Source of the DNA: Alphaproteobacteria bacterium | Lineage (GTDB): Bacteria > Pseudomonadota > Alphaproteobacteria > GCA-2731375 | DNA length: 64,000 nucleotides | Assembly: GCA_965225945.1 (NCBI GenBank) | Contig: CBDDBZ010000039.1 | Span: 288,001-352,000 of the forward strand | Direction: 5' to 3' | In this document: positions 1 through 9,033 of the stretch, piece after piece | Layout of the letters: each line of letters begins with the position of its first letter | Numbering within the stretch: the stretch's first letter is position 1 | Notes under the pieces: generated by a model | Seen by the model: the letters and a program-made list of their open reading frames with translations, nothing else | What the model was told of the DNA's origin: nothing | Databases searched by the model: none | Translations under genes and position numbers: made by a program

Positions 1-1
1 C

Positions 2-331
2 CGGGGCCGCCTCGCCGCCACCGCCGCCGGCGTCTTTCTCGGCTCCATGCTCGGCAATTCGGTCGGCCGTTCGCTCGACCGGGCCGATCGCCGCGCGGTC
101 GCCCGGGCGGAGGACCAGGCCCACCGGGCACCGGTCAACGAGACGATCTCTTGGCGCAACCCCGAAAGCGGCAATTACGGCACGGTGACGCCGGTGCGCG
201 AAGGGGTCTCGAACTCCGGGCGGCAGTGCCGCGAATACTACCACACCGTGGTCGTCGGCGGTCGCCAGGAAGAGGCCTATGGCACCGCTTGCCTGCAGCC
301 CGACGGGAGCTGGCAGATCGTCAACGGCTGA
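2..331 (+). CDS. RT0821/Lpp0805-family (17 kDa surface antigen-like) glycine-zipper protein, 5'-partial
   Basis: Gly-zipper followed by WRNPESGNYGTVTP...CREY...AYGTACLQPDGSW; frame open to window edge. Confidence 0.85.
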   Translation, partial: RGRLAATAAGVFLGSMLGNSVGRSLDRADRRAVARAEDQAHRAPVNETISWRNPESGNYGTVTPVREGVSNSGRQCREYYHTVVVGGRQEEAYGTACLQPDGSWQIVNG

Positions 332-655
332 CGCGATACGGCTGACGCGACCTTGGCGGGGTCCACGAGATGACGCTCCCCGGCGTCAGGACCCGTCGGC
401 GGAAGGCTTTCCGGCGGAGGTTCATCCTAGCCTCCACGCGAACCGCCCCGGAAAACCCCCGCCGACGGGTCCCCTATCCGGGGACGCGGCGAATGGATAC
501 CTGCCGCAGGTCGGCCGCGCGGGCCGGTTTGCGCGCCGGCGGCCTCGCCTCGGTCTTGTCGCGATCGCTCGATCGGCGGAAGATGGCGCCATGTGGCCCA
601 GCGGAGCACGCACTCGGCCTCGATCGAGTGCCCGAGACAACGAGGGATCGGCGCG

Positions 656-1489
656 GTGAGCACGGCCGACGGGTTCGCGGTGCCGGACCTGCTCTGGAGC
701 GTCGAGGCGCTCGCCGCCCGGCTCGGCACGCCGGGGCTCTGCGTGCTGGATGTCCGGGCGAGCGCGCTGTTTGCCGCCGGACACGTGCCGGGTGCGCTCT
801 CCTTCGATCTCTACGCCATCAACTGCTTCGACACCGATCCCGCCCCGCTCGCCGCGTTTGTGCGGATGTACGCCTATCTCCTGGGCCAGCGCGGGGTCGG
901 TTTCGCCGACGAGATCGTGATCACGGGTGAGATCACGGGCATGTGCGCGGCCCGCGGCTTCTGGTTGCTGGAGCTGTTCGACCATGCCCGCGTGCATGTG
1001 CTGGACGGTGGCGTCAAGGCCTGGCGCGCCGCCGGCCGGCCGGTCAGCCTCGAGGCCGAAGTGCCGCCGGCAGCACCCTTCCGGCCCGGCTGGCGCCCGG
1101 AACGCCTGGCGACCCGCCATGACGTTCAGGCGGCGATGGAGGATGCCGGGGCGTTGATCCTCGACACCCGCTCACGCGGGGAATGGCTGGGAACTGACCG
1201 CCGCGCCGCCCGGGGTGGCGCCGTGCCGGGTGCGGTGCACCAGGATTGGGAAGCGCACCTCACGGCCGACGGCGGGATGCGCCCCGCCGGTGAATTGCGC
1301 GCGCTGTTCCAGGAGCTAGGCGCGACGCCGGAGCGCGAGATCATCGCCTACTGCAACACCGGCTATCGCTCGGCGCATGCCTATCTGGCGCTCCGCCTCT
1401 TGGGCTATCCCCGGGTCCGCAATTATCTGGGCTCGTGGCAGGAATGGGCCGAGCGGCCGGAACTGCCCGTCGTCGTCCCCGACGAATAG
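656..1489 (+). CDS. Tandem-rhodanese sulfurtransferase (SseA-like)
   Basis: GHVPGA, VLDGG, active-site YCNTGYRS and C-terminal YLGSWQEW motifs; GTG start estimated. Confidence 0.9.
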   Translation: MSTADGFAVPDLLWSVEALAARLGTPGLCVLDVRASALFAAGHVPGALSFDLYAINCFDTDPAPLAAFVRMYAYLLGQRGVGFADEIVITGEITGMCAARGFWLLELFDHARVHVLDGGVKAWRAAGRPVSLEAEVPPAAPFRPGWRPERLATRHDVQAAMEDAGALILDTRSRGEWLGTDRRAARGGAVPGAVHQDWEAHLTADGGMRPAGELRALFQELGATPEREIIAYCNTGYRSAHAYLALRLLGYPRVRNYLGSWQEWAERPELPVVVPDE

Positions 1490-1564
1490 CTCCGTACCCG
1501 ACACGCCCTAAGCACCTTCGGACCATACCCGCTCCGGCCGTGCTGCGCCAACGGCGCCCGAATT

Positions 1565-2407
1565 TTAGGCGGCCGGCGGCTCGGTCGAAAGCCACCAGCC
1601 CTCGCCGGCGAACCAGCAACTCTCGTCGGGCGCGCCGCCGCCGGCCCTGAGCGATCGGACCGCGCGCCAATCCCCCGCCTCGAAGGCCGCCGCCAGACCT
1701 TGGGCAAGGTCGTCCCTCTGGGCGCCGAGACAGGGGATGAAAGCCGCCCTCGAAATGAAGCGGGCGGCGAAATCGACGCCTTTCCCGGTTCGGCTCACCA
1801 GCAGCATGGCGCCGTATTCCCATCCCGGTGTCAGCAGAAAGATCAGGCGGCCGCCCGGCGCCAGGGCTTCGCGCCAGGCCTCGAGGGGCTCCGAGGCACC
1901 AGCGTTGACGTAGATCACGTCGCTTTCGGGGAGCGGCGCCTCGCTGCCCGAGCGCCGCGAGACCGCCACGTTCGGATAAGTGGCCAAATTCGCCTCCGTC
2001 CGCGCCGCCAGGTCCGGCGAGATCTCCAGCGCCTCGACACGGCCCCCGGCGCCGACGAGACGGGCCAACAACGCCGTGTAATAGCCGGCGCCACAGCCGA
2101 CATGCAGCACCCTCTCAGCCAGCGCGGGTGCCGCGGCGTTCAGGCATCGGGCAGGCAGGCTCGGTTGGCCGTTGTTGATCCCGCGCGCCGCGTCGAGGGC
2201 GATGACGATATCCTGGTAGAGATGGGCCGGATCGTCGCTCGGCGTTTCGATGTAGCCGCCCGGGACATGGACCCGCCACGGCCCCGGCGGGAGGAAATCC
2301 TCGCGGGCGACGGTCTGGAAGGCCTCGACGATGCGCGCGTCCTCGACACCCGCGCTCGCCGTGACGTAGCGCGCATAGAATTGACGGAACTCCGCAACCG
2401 AGCTCAT
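1565..2407 (-). CDS. pcm: Protein-L-isoaspartate O-methyltransferase family protein
   Basis: AFQTVAREDFL, INNGQPSL and SAM motif VLHVGCGAGYYTA. Confidence 0.85.
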   Translation of the reverse strand: MSSVAEFRQFYARYVTASAGVEDARIVEAFQTVAREDFLPPGPWRVHVPGGYIETPSDDPAHLYQDIVIALDAARGINNGQPSLPARCLNAAAPALAERVLHVGCGAGYYTALLARLVGAGGRVEALEISPDLAARTEANLATYPNVAVSRRSGSEAPLPESDVIYVNAGASEPLEAWREALAPGGRLIFLLTPGWEYGAMLLVSRTGKGVDFAARFISRAAFIPCLGAQRDDLAQGLAAAFEAGDWRAVRSLRAGGGAPDESCWFAGEGWWLSTEPPAA

Positions 2408-2421
2408 GGCACCGCCGTTGT

Positions 2422-3015
2422 CTAATGCGGGGCTTGGTGGAGGGCGGTGACGATCTCGGCGAATTCGTCGGCGAGCTGGCCGGGGCGGAGCGCCAGGAAG
2501 CACTCGGCGAGCTGGGCGTAATACCACAGCGTCGAGGCGCGCGGCTGGCTGAAGCGGTCCCAGATCCCGGGCCCGACCTCGGGATTGCGCGAATCACGCA
2601 GGATCGCCCGCGCGTTGTGCACCTTGTCGGCGAGGCTGACCAGCAGGGTTTCCTGGTCCATCTCCGCCAGATGCGCGATATAGGCCTCCTTGCGCTGCCG
2701 CCATGGCGCCTTCGCCTCGCCGCTCTCCGCCAAGCTGTCGGAACAGGCGGCGACGATCTCGGCGACCCGGGGGCCGAAGCGCTCTCCAATATCGGCGAGC
2801 CGCGCCCGCCCGCCCTGGTCCTCGGCGGCGTCGTGCAGCAGGGCGCCGATTGCCACGTCCTCGCCGCCGCCGTATTCCAAGACCGTCGCGGCGACGATCA
2901 TCAGATGGGCCACATAGGGGATGGTGGTGCCCTTGCGGGCCTGGCTGGCGTGCGCCTGGGTGGCGTAGACGAGGGCGCGCTCGAAGCGGTCGGTCAGGGC
3001 GATGGGCTCGGTCAT
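2422..3015 (-). CDS. HD-domain hydrolase (SpoT-hydrolase/Mesh1-like)
   Basis: H..Q.RKG..IPYVAH, LLHDAAED and ADKVHN motifs. Confidence 0.85.
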   Translation of the reverse strand: MTEPIALTDRFERALVYATQAHASQARKGTTIPYVAHLMIVAATVLEYGGGEDVAIGALLHDAAEDQGGRARLADIGERFGPRVAEIVAACSDSLAESGEAKAPWRQRKEAYIAHLAEMDQETLLVSLADKVHNARAILRDSRNPEVGPGIWDRFSQPRASTLWYYAQLAECFLALRPGQLADEFAEIVTALHQAPH

Positions 3016-3099
3016 GTGTTCCTGTTTACCATGCGCTTTCGTGAACGCCCAAGAGGTGGCCACGGGCGCGGGGGCGGTCGAGACTTACCTCGGTCGCTA

Positions 3100-4038
3100 T
3101 CAGTCTTCCAGGTGAGCCAGGTATTGGCCGACGAAGTCGTGCTCGACGACGCGCGCGAAGGCCTCCTGCAAGGCTCTGGTGATCGGGCCGGGCACCGTCG
3201 GCTCCAACGGCGCGCGGCCCTGGATCGATTTGATCGGGCAGAGGCAGAGGCTGGTCGAGGAGATGAAGGCCTCGTCCGCCGTCGCCGCGTCGAACAGCGA
3301 AAGATCGCTCTCGCGGGCCGGAATGGCGAGCTCGCGACACAGCTCCAGCACCACGTCGCGGCTGATCCCCGCCAGCACGTAAGCGCCATTCGGCGTCATG
3401 ACCTCGCCGTCGCGCACCAGGAACAGGTTGGAGCCGCTCCCTTCGGTCAGGAAGCCCCGGGTGTCGAGCAAGACCGGCCAGGCGCCCGGCGTGGCATCAC
3501 GGACCTCGTTGGCGGCGACGATCAGGTTCAGGTAGTTGTGGGTCTTGGCGTTGGGCGAGAGCGCTTCGGGCGGTGTCCGCCGGGTCGGCGGGATCACCAC
3601 CTCGATGCCGTCGCGGAACAGCGCCGCCCGCGCCGCCAAGGGCAGCGGCACGCAGAGCACGATCACCGTCGGTCCCGCCTTGCCGCCCGGCCCGTCGGGC
3701 AGATTCGAGCCTCGGGTGATCCGCTGGAAAATCCAGTAGTCCTCGTTCTCGCCCAGAAGGGGGCGGTTGCGGGCGACGATATCCTCCGAGATCGCCGTCA
3801 ACTCCGCCTTCGAGAGGCCGGGATCGATATCGACGTAGCGGAGCGAGCGGTAGAGCCGGTCGATATGGGCCGCCAGCCGAAAGGTCTTGCCGGCGAAGGT
3901 CCGCGCGGTGTCGAACACCGCGTCGCCGAAGACGAAGCCCCGATCGTTGACATGGACCCGGGCCTCGGCCTCCGCGACGATCTCGCCGTCGAGATAGACC
4001 ACCCGTTGGTTGGCACCCGCCGTGGCCGTGTCGGTCAT
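3100..4038 (-). CDS. Class IV PLP aminotransferase (IlvE/Dat/PabC family)
   Basis: DRGFVFGDAVFD, AKTHNY (PLP Lys), EGSGSNLF and LAGISR motifs. Confidence 0.9.
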   Translation of the reverse strand: MTDTATAGANQRVVYLDGEIVAEAEARVHVNDRGFVFGDAVFDTARTFAGKTFRLAAHIDRLYRSLRYVDIDPGLSKAELTAISEDIVARNRPLLGENEDYWIFQRITRGSNLPDGPGGKAGPTVIVLCVPLPLAARAALFRDGIEVVIPPTRRTPPEALSPNAKTHNYLNLIVAANEVRDATPGAWPVLLDTRGFLTEGSGSNLFLVRDGEVMTPNGAYVLAGISRDVVLELCRELAIPARESDLSLFDAATADEAFISSTSLCLCPIKSIQGRAPLEPTVPGPITRALQEAFARVVEHDFVGQYLAHLED

Positions 4039-4280
4039 CGCTTCGCTACCTCCCGCCTCGCCTCGTTGAGCCGCCATGATGACGCCCGAGAGGCCGACAT
4101 GGCAACGACGGTATGAAATTCGGGCGAGGCCGTGTCGCGAGGATCGAGGCGGCGAGCCGGCATGATCCGCTGCTACGCAATCGCCCGGCCAGCCACTCGA
4201 TGGAAACCCTTTGGCAACCCTTACGGCGCTATAACCATGTCTTCATAGGCCAAGATTTACCCGGTGGACAGGGAAATGCC

Positions 4281-5042
4281 ATGCCCGACATGCGCGAAGT
4301 GAGCTTCGAAGCGGGCGAGACGATCTTCCGCGAGGGCGAACAGGCGGAATCGGTCTACCTGCTGCGCTCCGGCGAGGTCGAGGTCGTGCGCCAGAGCGAG
4401 CGCGACGAAGTCCGTATCGCGGTGATCGGCGAGGGCGAGCTGTTCGGCGAGATCGCGGTCATTCGGGGCCAGACGCGCTCGACCACGCTCCGAGCGCTGG
4501 GCCCGGCGAGCGCGCTCGAAATCCCCCGCGCCGATTTCCTCAAGGCCTTTCCCGACGACAATCCGCTCACCCTGAAAATTCTGCGCACGCTCTGTGGGCG
4601 CCTGCTCGACACGAATGACATGATGATGGATCTGCGAAGCCAGAAGGGCATCGCCGAGGACGACCTGCGACGCATCCGCCTGTTGCCCGATTCCGACGAG
4701 GTCGCGGCCCAGATCGGGCGTGACGGGCTGATCGTCGGCGAATTTCCCTTCGAGGTCGGTTGCCATGATCTCCCCGGCCTAAAACCGAGCCAGAGCGCTC
4801 AAGGCCTCACGCTCCGTCACACCGCTAGCCATCATCTCGAGACACGACAATTCGTGCTGGAGTTCCATCGCGGTCGCCTGCACCTCCGCGACCTCGCCAG
4901 CCGCCTCGGCACCTTGGTCAACGATACCCGGGTGGCCCACTTCGAGGACTCCACCTCGATCCCCCTGGAATTCGGCGAAAGCCGGATACGGACCGGTGGC
5001 ACCGACTCGCCCTATCGCTTCCGGCTCCTGGTCGAGGGTTGA
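4281..5042 (+). CDS. Cyclic-nucleotide-binding domain plus FHA-like domain protein
   Basis: IFREGE...GELFGEIA...RSTT cNMP motif; C-terminal LRDLASRLGTLVN FHA-like motif. Confidence 0.8.
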   Translation: MPDMREVSFEAGETIFREGEQAESVYLLRSGEVEVVRQSERDEVRIAVIGEGELFGEIAVIRGQTRSTTLRALGPASALEIPRADFLKAFPDDNPLTLKILRTLCGRLLDTNDMMMDLRSQKGIAEDDLRRIRLLPDSDEVAAQIGRDGLIVGEFPFEVGCHDLPGLKPSQSAQGLTLRHTASHHLETRQFVLEFHRGRLHLRDLASRLGTLVNDTRVAHFEDSTSIPLEFGESRIRTGGTDSPYRFRLLVEG

Positions 5043-5084
5043 TCGGAAGCTCCTCTGGTTCCGGCGGGATTTCGACGATCGGTC

Positions 5085-5534
5085 TCAGAACGGACGCACC
5101 ACGACCATTACCACGATGACGATCACCAATACGCTCGGCACTTCGTTGGCAATCCGGTAAAAGCGCGCGGAGCGTCGATTGCGATCGGCGGCGAAATCCT
5201 TGCCCCAGCGGGCATAAAAGCCGTGCAGCGTGCTCAGTGCCACGACGGCGACGAGCTTCACATGGATCCAGCCGTCGCTCCACTCGATCAGCCCCGGTGT
5301 CGCCAACAGCAGCCCGCCCAGGATCCAGGCGATGATCATCGCCGGAGTGATGATCGCCCGGAGCAGGCGCCGCTCCATCAGTTTCAGGGTTTCGGACAAT
5401 TCGGAGCCGGCTGTCGCGTCGGCGTGATAGACGTAGAGCCGGGGCAGATAGAACATGCCGGCCATCCAGGCGAGCACGGCGATGACGTGCAGCGCCTTGA
5501 TCCAGGGACCAAACTCCGACAGCAGCGCGCTCAT
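5085..5534 (-). CDS. hemJ: Protoporphyrinogen oxidase HemJ
   Basis: KALHVIAVLAWMAGMFYLPRLYVYH...RIANEVP; follows hemH. Confidence 0.95.
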   Translation of the reverse strand: MSALLSEFGPWIKALHVIAVLAWMAGMFYLPRLYVYHADATAGSELSETLKLMERRLLRAIITPAMIIAWILGGLLLATPGLIEWSDGWIHVKLVAVVALSTLHGFYARWGKDFAADRNRRSARFYRIANEVPSVLVIVIVVMVVVRPF

Positions 5535-6574
5535 GGCTCCGTATCCGCCATGGCGCAAGCGGCGAACGCGCTCGGGCAAAGCCGCGCGCCCTCCGCGCCG
5601 GCGGGTCGGCCGCTGGTCCGCACCAGGGCCATCCGGACGAGACGAGCCAAGCCCTCGATGAAGCGGGGATGGGTGGCGAGCGCCGGCACCCGGCGATAGA
5701 GGGGCACTTCCACCGCCGCCGCCAGGTCGGCATATTCCACATCGAGTTCCACCAAGGTCTCGGAATGCTCCGAGACGAAGGCGATCGGCACCACCACCAG
5801 GCTGCGGCCCTCGGCACCCGCGCGCGTGATCTCGTCCTCGGTCGAGGGTCCGATCCAGCTCAGGGGCCCGATCCGGCTCTGATAGCAGACCCGCCAATCG
5901 AGTTCGGGGACAGCGAGCCGGCGGGCCACCGCGTCGGCCGTCTGCTCGACCTGCCACTGGTAGGGATCGCCCGAGGCGACGACCTTCTCCGGCAAACCGT
6001 GGGCGGAAAACAGCAGCCGTGTGGGGCCGCCCTCCAGGCTCTCGGCGAGGATCGGCCCGATCAGCTCGGCCTGCGCCGCCACCAGGGCCTCCAGCACCGG
6101 ATAGCAGCAGACCACATGCATCGGGACCTCGAGTCCCAGGGCGCGGGCCGCCCGACGCCAGGCTAGCAGCGAAGATGCGGTCGTGGTGGTGGAGAATTGT
6201 GGATAGAGCGGTAGCAGAACGACCCGATGGGGCCGCCATTCGGCGAGCCCCCGGGCCGCCTCCTCGCTCATCGGATGCCAATACCGCATGGCCACCTCGA
6301 CCCGAACCTCGCCCAAGTCCGCCAGCGCCTCGGCCAAGGCCTCGGCCTGTGCCTCGGTCCCCGCCAAAAGCGGCGAGGCACCGCCCAACTGGGCATAAAT
6401 CTTGCGCGCGACCGGCGCCCGGCGGTGGGAGAAGAATTGCGCCAGCAGCCAGCGGAGTGGCCCCGGAACGCGCAATATGGCCGGATCCGAGAACAGATTG
6501 CGCAGGAACGGCCGGACCGCGTCCAGGCTGTCGGGACCGCCGAGATTGAGCAACACGACCGCCGTCCGCGCCAT
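5531..6574 (-). CDS. hemH: Ferrochelatase
   Basis: LLNLGGP, LPLYPQFS, FSAHGLP and FVSEHSETLVELD motifs. Confidence 0.97.
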   Translation of the reverse strand: MARTAVVLLNLGGPDSLDAVRPFLRNLFSDPAILRVPGPLRWLLAQFFSHRRAPVARKIYAQLGGASPLLAGTEAQAEALAEALADLGEVRVEVAMRYWHPMSEEAARGLAEWRPHRVVLLPLYPQFSTTTTASSLLAWRRAARALGLEVPMHVVCCYPVLEALVAAQAELIGPILAESLEGGPTRLLFSAHGLPEKVVASGDPYQWQVEQTADAVARRLAVPELDWRVCYQSRIGPLSWIGPSTEDEITRAGAEGRSLVVVPIAFVSEHSETLVELDVEYADLAAAVEVPLYRRVPALATHPRFIEGLARLVRMALVRTSGRPAGAEGARLCPSAFAACAMADTEP

Positions 6575-6582
6575 GACGCCTC

Positions 6583-7653
6583 TCACGCCTCCAACGTTTC
6601 GTCGCGCAACATCTCCGACAGCGCCTCGACATGCGCCGGCGGCGTCTCCGGCACGATACCGTGGCCGAGATTGAAGATATGCGGGCCACCGCTCAGCCGA
6701 CGGCGGAGTGCCCGAGCCTCGGCCAGCATCGCTTCGCCCCCGACGACCAGCAATTGAGGATCGAGATTACCTTGTAGACAGACGCCGTCGGCCAGTGCGT
6801 TGCGCGCCCAGGCGGCCGGCGTGCCCGTATCGAGGCCCAGCGCGTCGACTTCGGTTCCTCGCACATAGTCCGCCAACCGGGGCCCGGCGCCGCGGGGAAA
6901 GCCAATAATTGGGACCTCGAGTTCCCGCGCCCGGAGGCCGGCGACGATCCGCGCCGTCGGCCGGATCACCCAGCGGTCAAATTCCGCCGCCGCCAAGGAA
7001 CCGGCCCAGGTATCGAAGAGCTGCACCGCCTCGGCACCGGCCCGCACCTGGCCGGCCAGATAATCGATCGTCGCCCGGACCAAGAGATCCATCAGCGCCT
7101 CGAATCCCGCCGGATCGCCATAAGCCCAGCGCTTGGCATGGCGCTGGTCGGGACTGCCGCCACCCTCGACCATATAGGTGGCGACGGTCCAGGGCGCCCC
7201 GGCAAAGCCGATCAGCGCCACCTCCCCCGGCAGCGCGCCGGCTACCCGCGCCACCGTCTCGTAGACCGGCGCGAGCCGGGCCTCAACCCGGCACGCGTCC
7301 AGGCCGGCGAGGCCAGCCGCGTCGCGGATCGGCGCCAGCACCGGGCCGTTCCCTTCCCGATAGTCGAGCGATTGGCCGAGCGCATGGGGGATCAACAGGA
7401 TATCGGCGAACAGGATCGCGCCATCCATGCCATAGCGCCGGATCGGCTGCAGTGTCGCCTCCGCCGCCAGCTCCGGCGTCAGGCAGAGCTCGAGAAAGCC
7501 ACCGGCCCGGGCCCGGAGCGCACGATACTCGGGCAGATAGCGCCCAGCCTGGCGCATGAACCAGAACGGCGGCCGCGCCAGACGTTCACCGGCGAGCGCG
7601 CGGCACAGCGGTTTCGCCTTGCTCGATACTGCCCGTGTCCTGGAAACGCTCAC
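6583..7653 (-). CDS. hemE: Uroporphyrinogen decarboxylase
   Basis: WFMRQAGRYLPEY, IGFAGAPWT and IFNLGHG motifs; start approximate. Confidence 0.97.
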   Translation of the reverse strand: MSVSRTRAVSSKAKPLCRALAGERLARPPFWFMRQAGRYLPEYRALRARAGGFLELCLTPELAAEATLQPIRRYGMDGAILFADILLIPHALGQSLDYREGNGPVLAPIRDAAGLAGLDACRVEARLAPVYETVARVAGALPGEVALIGFAGAPWTVATYMVEGGGSPDQRHAKRWAYGDPAGFEALMDLLVRATIDYLAGQVRAGAEAVQLFDTWAGSLAAAEFDRWVIRPTARIVAGLRARELEVPIIGFPRGAGPRLADYVRGTEVDALGLDTGTPAAWARNALADGVCLQGNLDPQLLVVGGEAMLAEARALRRRLSGGPHIFNLGHGIVPETPPAHVEALSEMLRDETLEA

Positions 7654-8065
7654 CCCGTGCCCTCGCCAGCGTTTTATCCCAACTTCCAATAAATCATTAT
7701 ATTTTAAAAGGGAAATTGTGGTTCGTTGTTGGTGGAGGGAATGTCGGGGATTGCCATGATCTTCGCCGTTTAATCCCCTGGGCGAGGAAGTCGGCGGTGC
7801 GGTCGGGGGATGCTCTCCCGGCTTCGGGATCGATCGCGGAGCGGGGTGGTGCGACAGGCATTGCGGCGGGGCGCGGCTGTGGACGGATGGGGGAAGCAAT
7901 CCGTCTTGGGCCGGCAGTGCCCGGTTTTTGAGCCCACGCGGTCTCCGCCAGTTCCAGGGGGACGCAATGGTGGAGCGACGTGGCACAGGTCGCACGAATC
8001 CGGTTGCATGTCGTGTTCGCCCGACATATCCCCAGACAACGACATGATATCCCCATGAATGCATA
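7654..8065. other. Putative chromosomal replication origin (oriC)
   Basis: Divergent hemE/DUF299 intergenic position as in Caulobacter and Rickettsia; AT-rich patch at ~7672-7720; ATATCCCCA at 8026 and 8047; TGTGGA at 7878; parABS ~40 kb away. Confidence 0.7.
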
Positions 8066-8899
8066 ATGACGGCGGCGGGACGACATTTGAGCAAATTTCA
8101 TCTTCATTTGGTGTCCGATGCGACCGGCGAGACCCTCGGCGCCGTGGCCAAGGCGGCGCTAGTCCAGTTCGAGAGCTCCGAGCCGGTCGAGCATCTCTGG
8201 ACCATGATCCGCACCCGCTCGCAGGTCGCCCGGGTGGTCGAGGGAGTGTGCGAAAACCCTGGCCTGGTGCTCTTCACCATGGTCGACCATCAGCTTCGCG
8301 AGATGCTGGTCGAGCAGTGCCGCAAGCACCGCATCGTCTCCGTCTCCGTGCTGGATCCGGTGATGCACGCGCTCGCGACCTACCTCGGCGCCGAGGCGGA
8401 GGAGCGGCCGGGCCGCCAGCACGTGATGGATGCGGAATATTTCCATCGCATCGACGCCATGCACTTTTGCCTCGCCCACGATGACGGCCACGGCGTCGAC
8501 CGCCTGCGCGAGGCGGAGGTGGTCCTGGTCGGCGTCTCGCGCACCTCGAAGACGCCGACCTGCATCTATCTCGGCAATCGCGGGATCAAGGCGGCCAACG
8601 TGCCGGTGGTGCCGGGGCTGCCTTTCCCCGAGTTGCTGGGCGCGCTCGAGCGCCCGCTGGTGGTCGGCCTGACCGTGAGCGCCGAGCGGCTGGTGCAGAT
8701 CCGCCGCCACCGGCTGTTGTCGTTGAACGAGACCTCGGCCACCGAGTATGCCGACATCGCCGCCGTGAAGCAGGAGTTGGTGTATGCCCGCCGGCTCTTC
8801 ACCTTGCACGGGTGGCCGGTTATCGACGTTACGCGGCGTTCGATCGAGGAGACGGCAGCGGCGGTGCTGAACGTGCTGTCACGCCGCCGGGCGGGGTGA
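8066..8899 (+). CDS. ppsR: Pyruvate phosphate dikinase regulatory kinase/pyrophosphorylase (DUF299)
   Basis: HLVSDATGET, HDDG, GVSRTSKTPT and DVTRRSIEETA motifs. Confidence 0.95.
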   Translation: MTAAGRHLSKFHLHLVSDATGETLGAVAKAALVQFESSEPVEHLWTMIRTRSQVARVVEGVCENPGLVLFTMVDHQLREMLVEQCRKHRIVSVSVLDPVMHALATYLGAEAEERPGRQHVMDAEYFHRIDAMHFCLAHDDGHGVDRLREAEVVLVGVSRTSKTPTCIYLGNRGIKAANVPVVPGLPFPELLGALERPLVVGLTVSAERLVQIRRHRLLSLNETSATEYADIAAVKQELVYARRLFTLHGWPVIDVTRRSIEETAAAVLNVLSRRRAG

Positions 8900-9033
8900 G
8901 GCGGGATCGAGGTCGCTTGAGGTGTAGGTCGCTCGAGGTTGCCACGGCCGTCGCCATGCGCCACTCTGTGGGCCGAGCCGCCGGCACGGGCGGGCGGAGA
9001 CGAGAATCAGGGATCGACTTGGGAGGATTGACC

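Noticed and set aside
385-410. tcaggacc...ggaagg resembling the SRP (4.5S) RNA core
   Set aside because: Lacks the contiguous CAGG-N-CCGGAAGGAAGCAGC motif.
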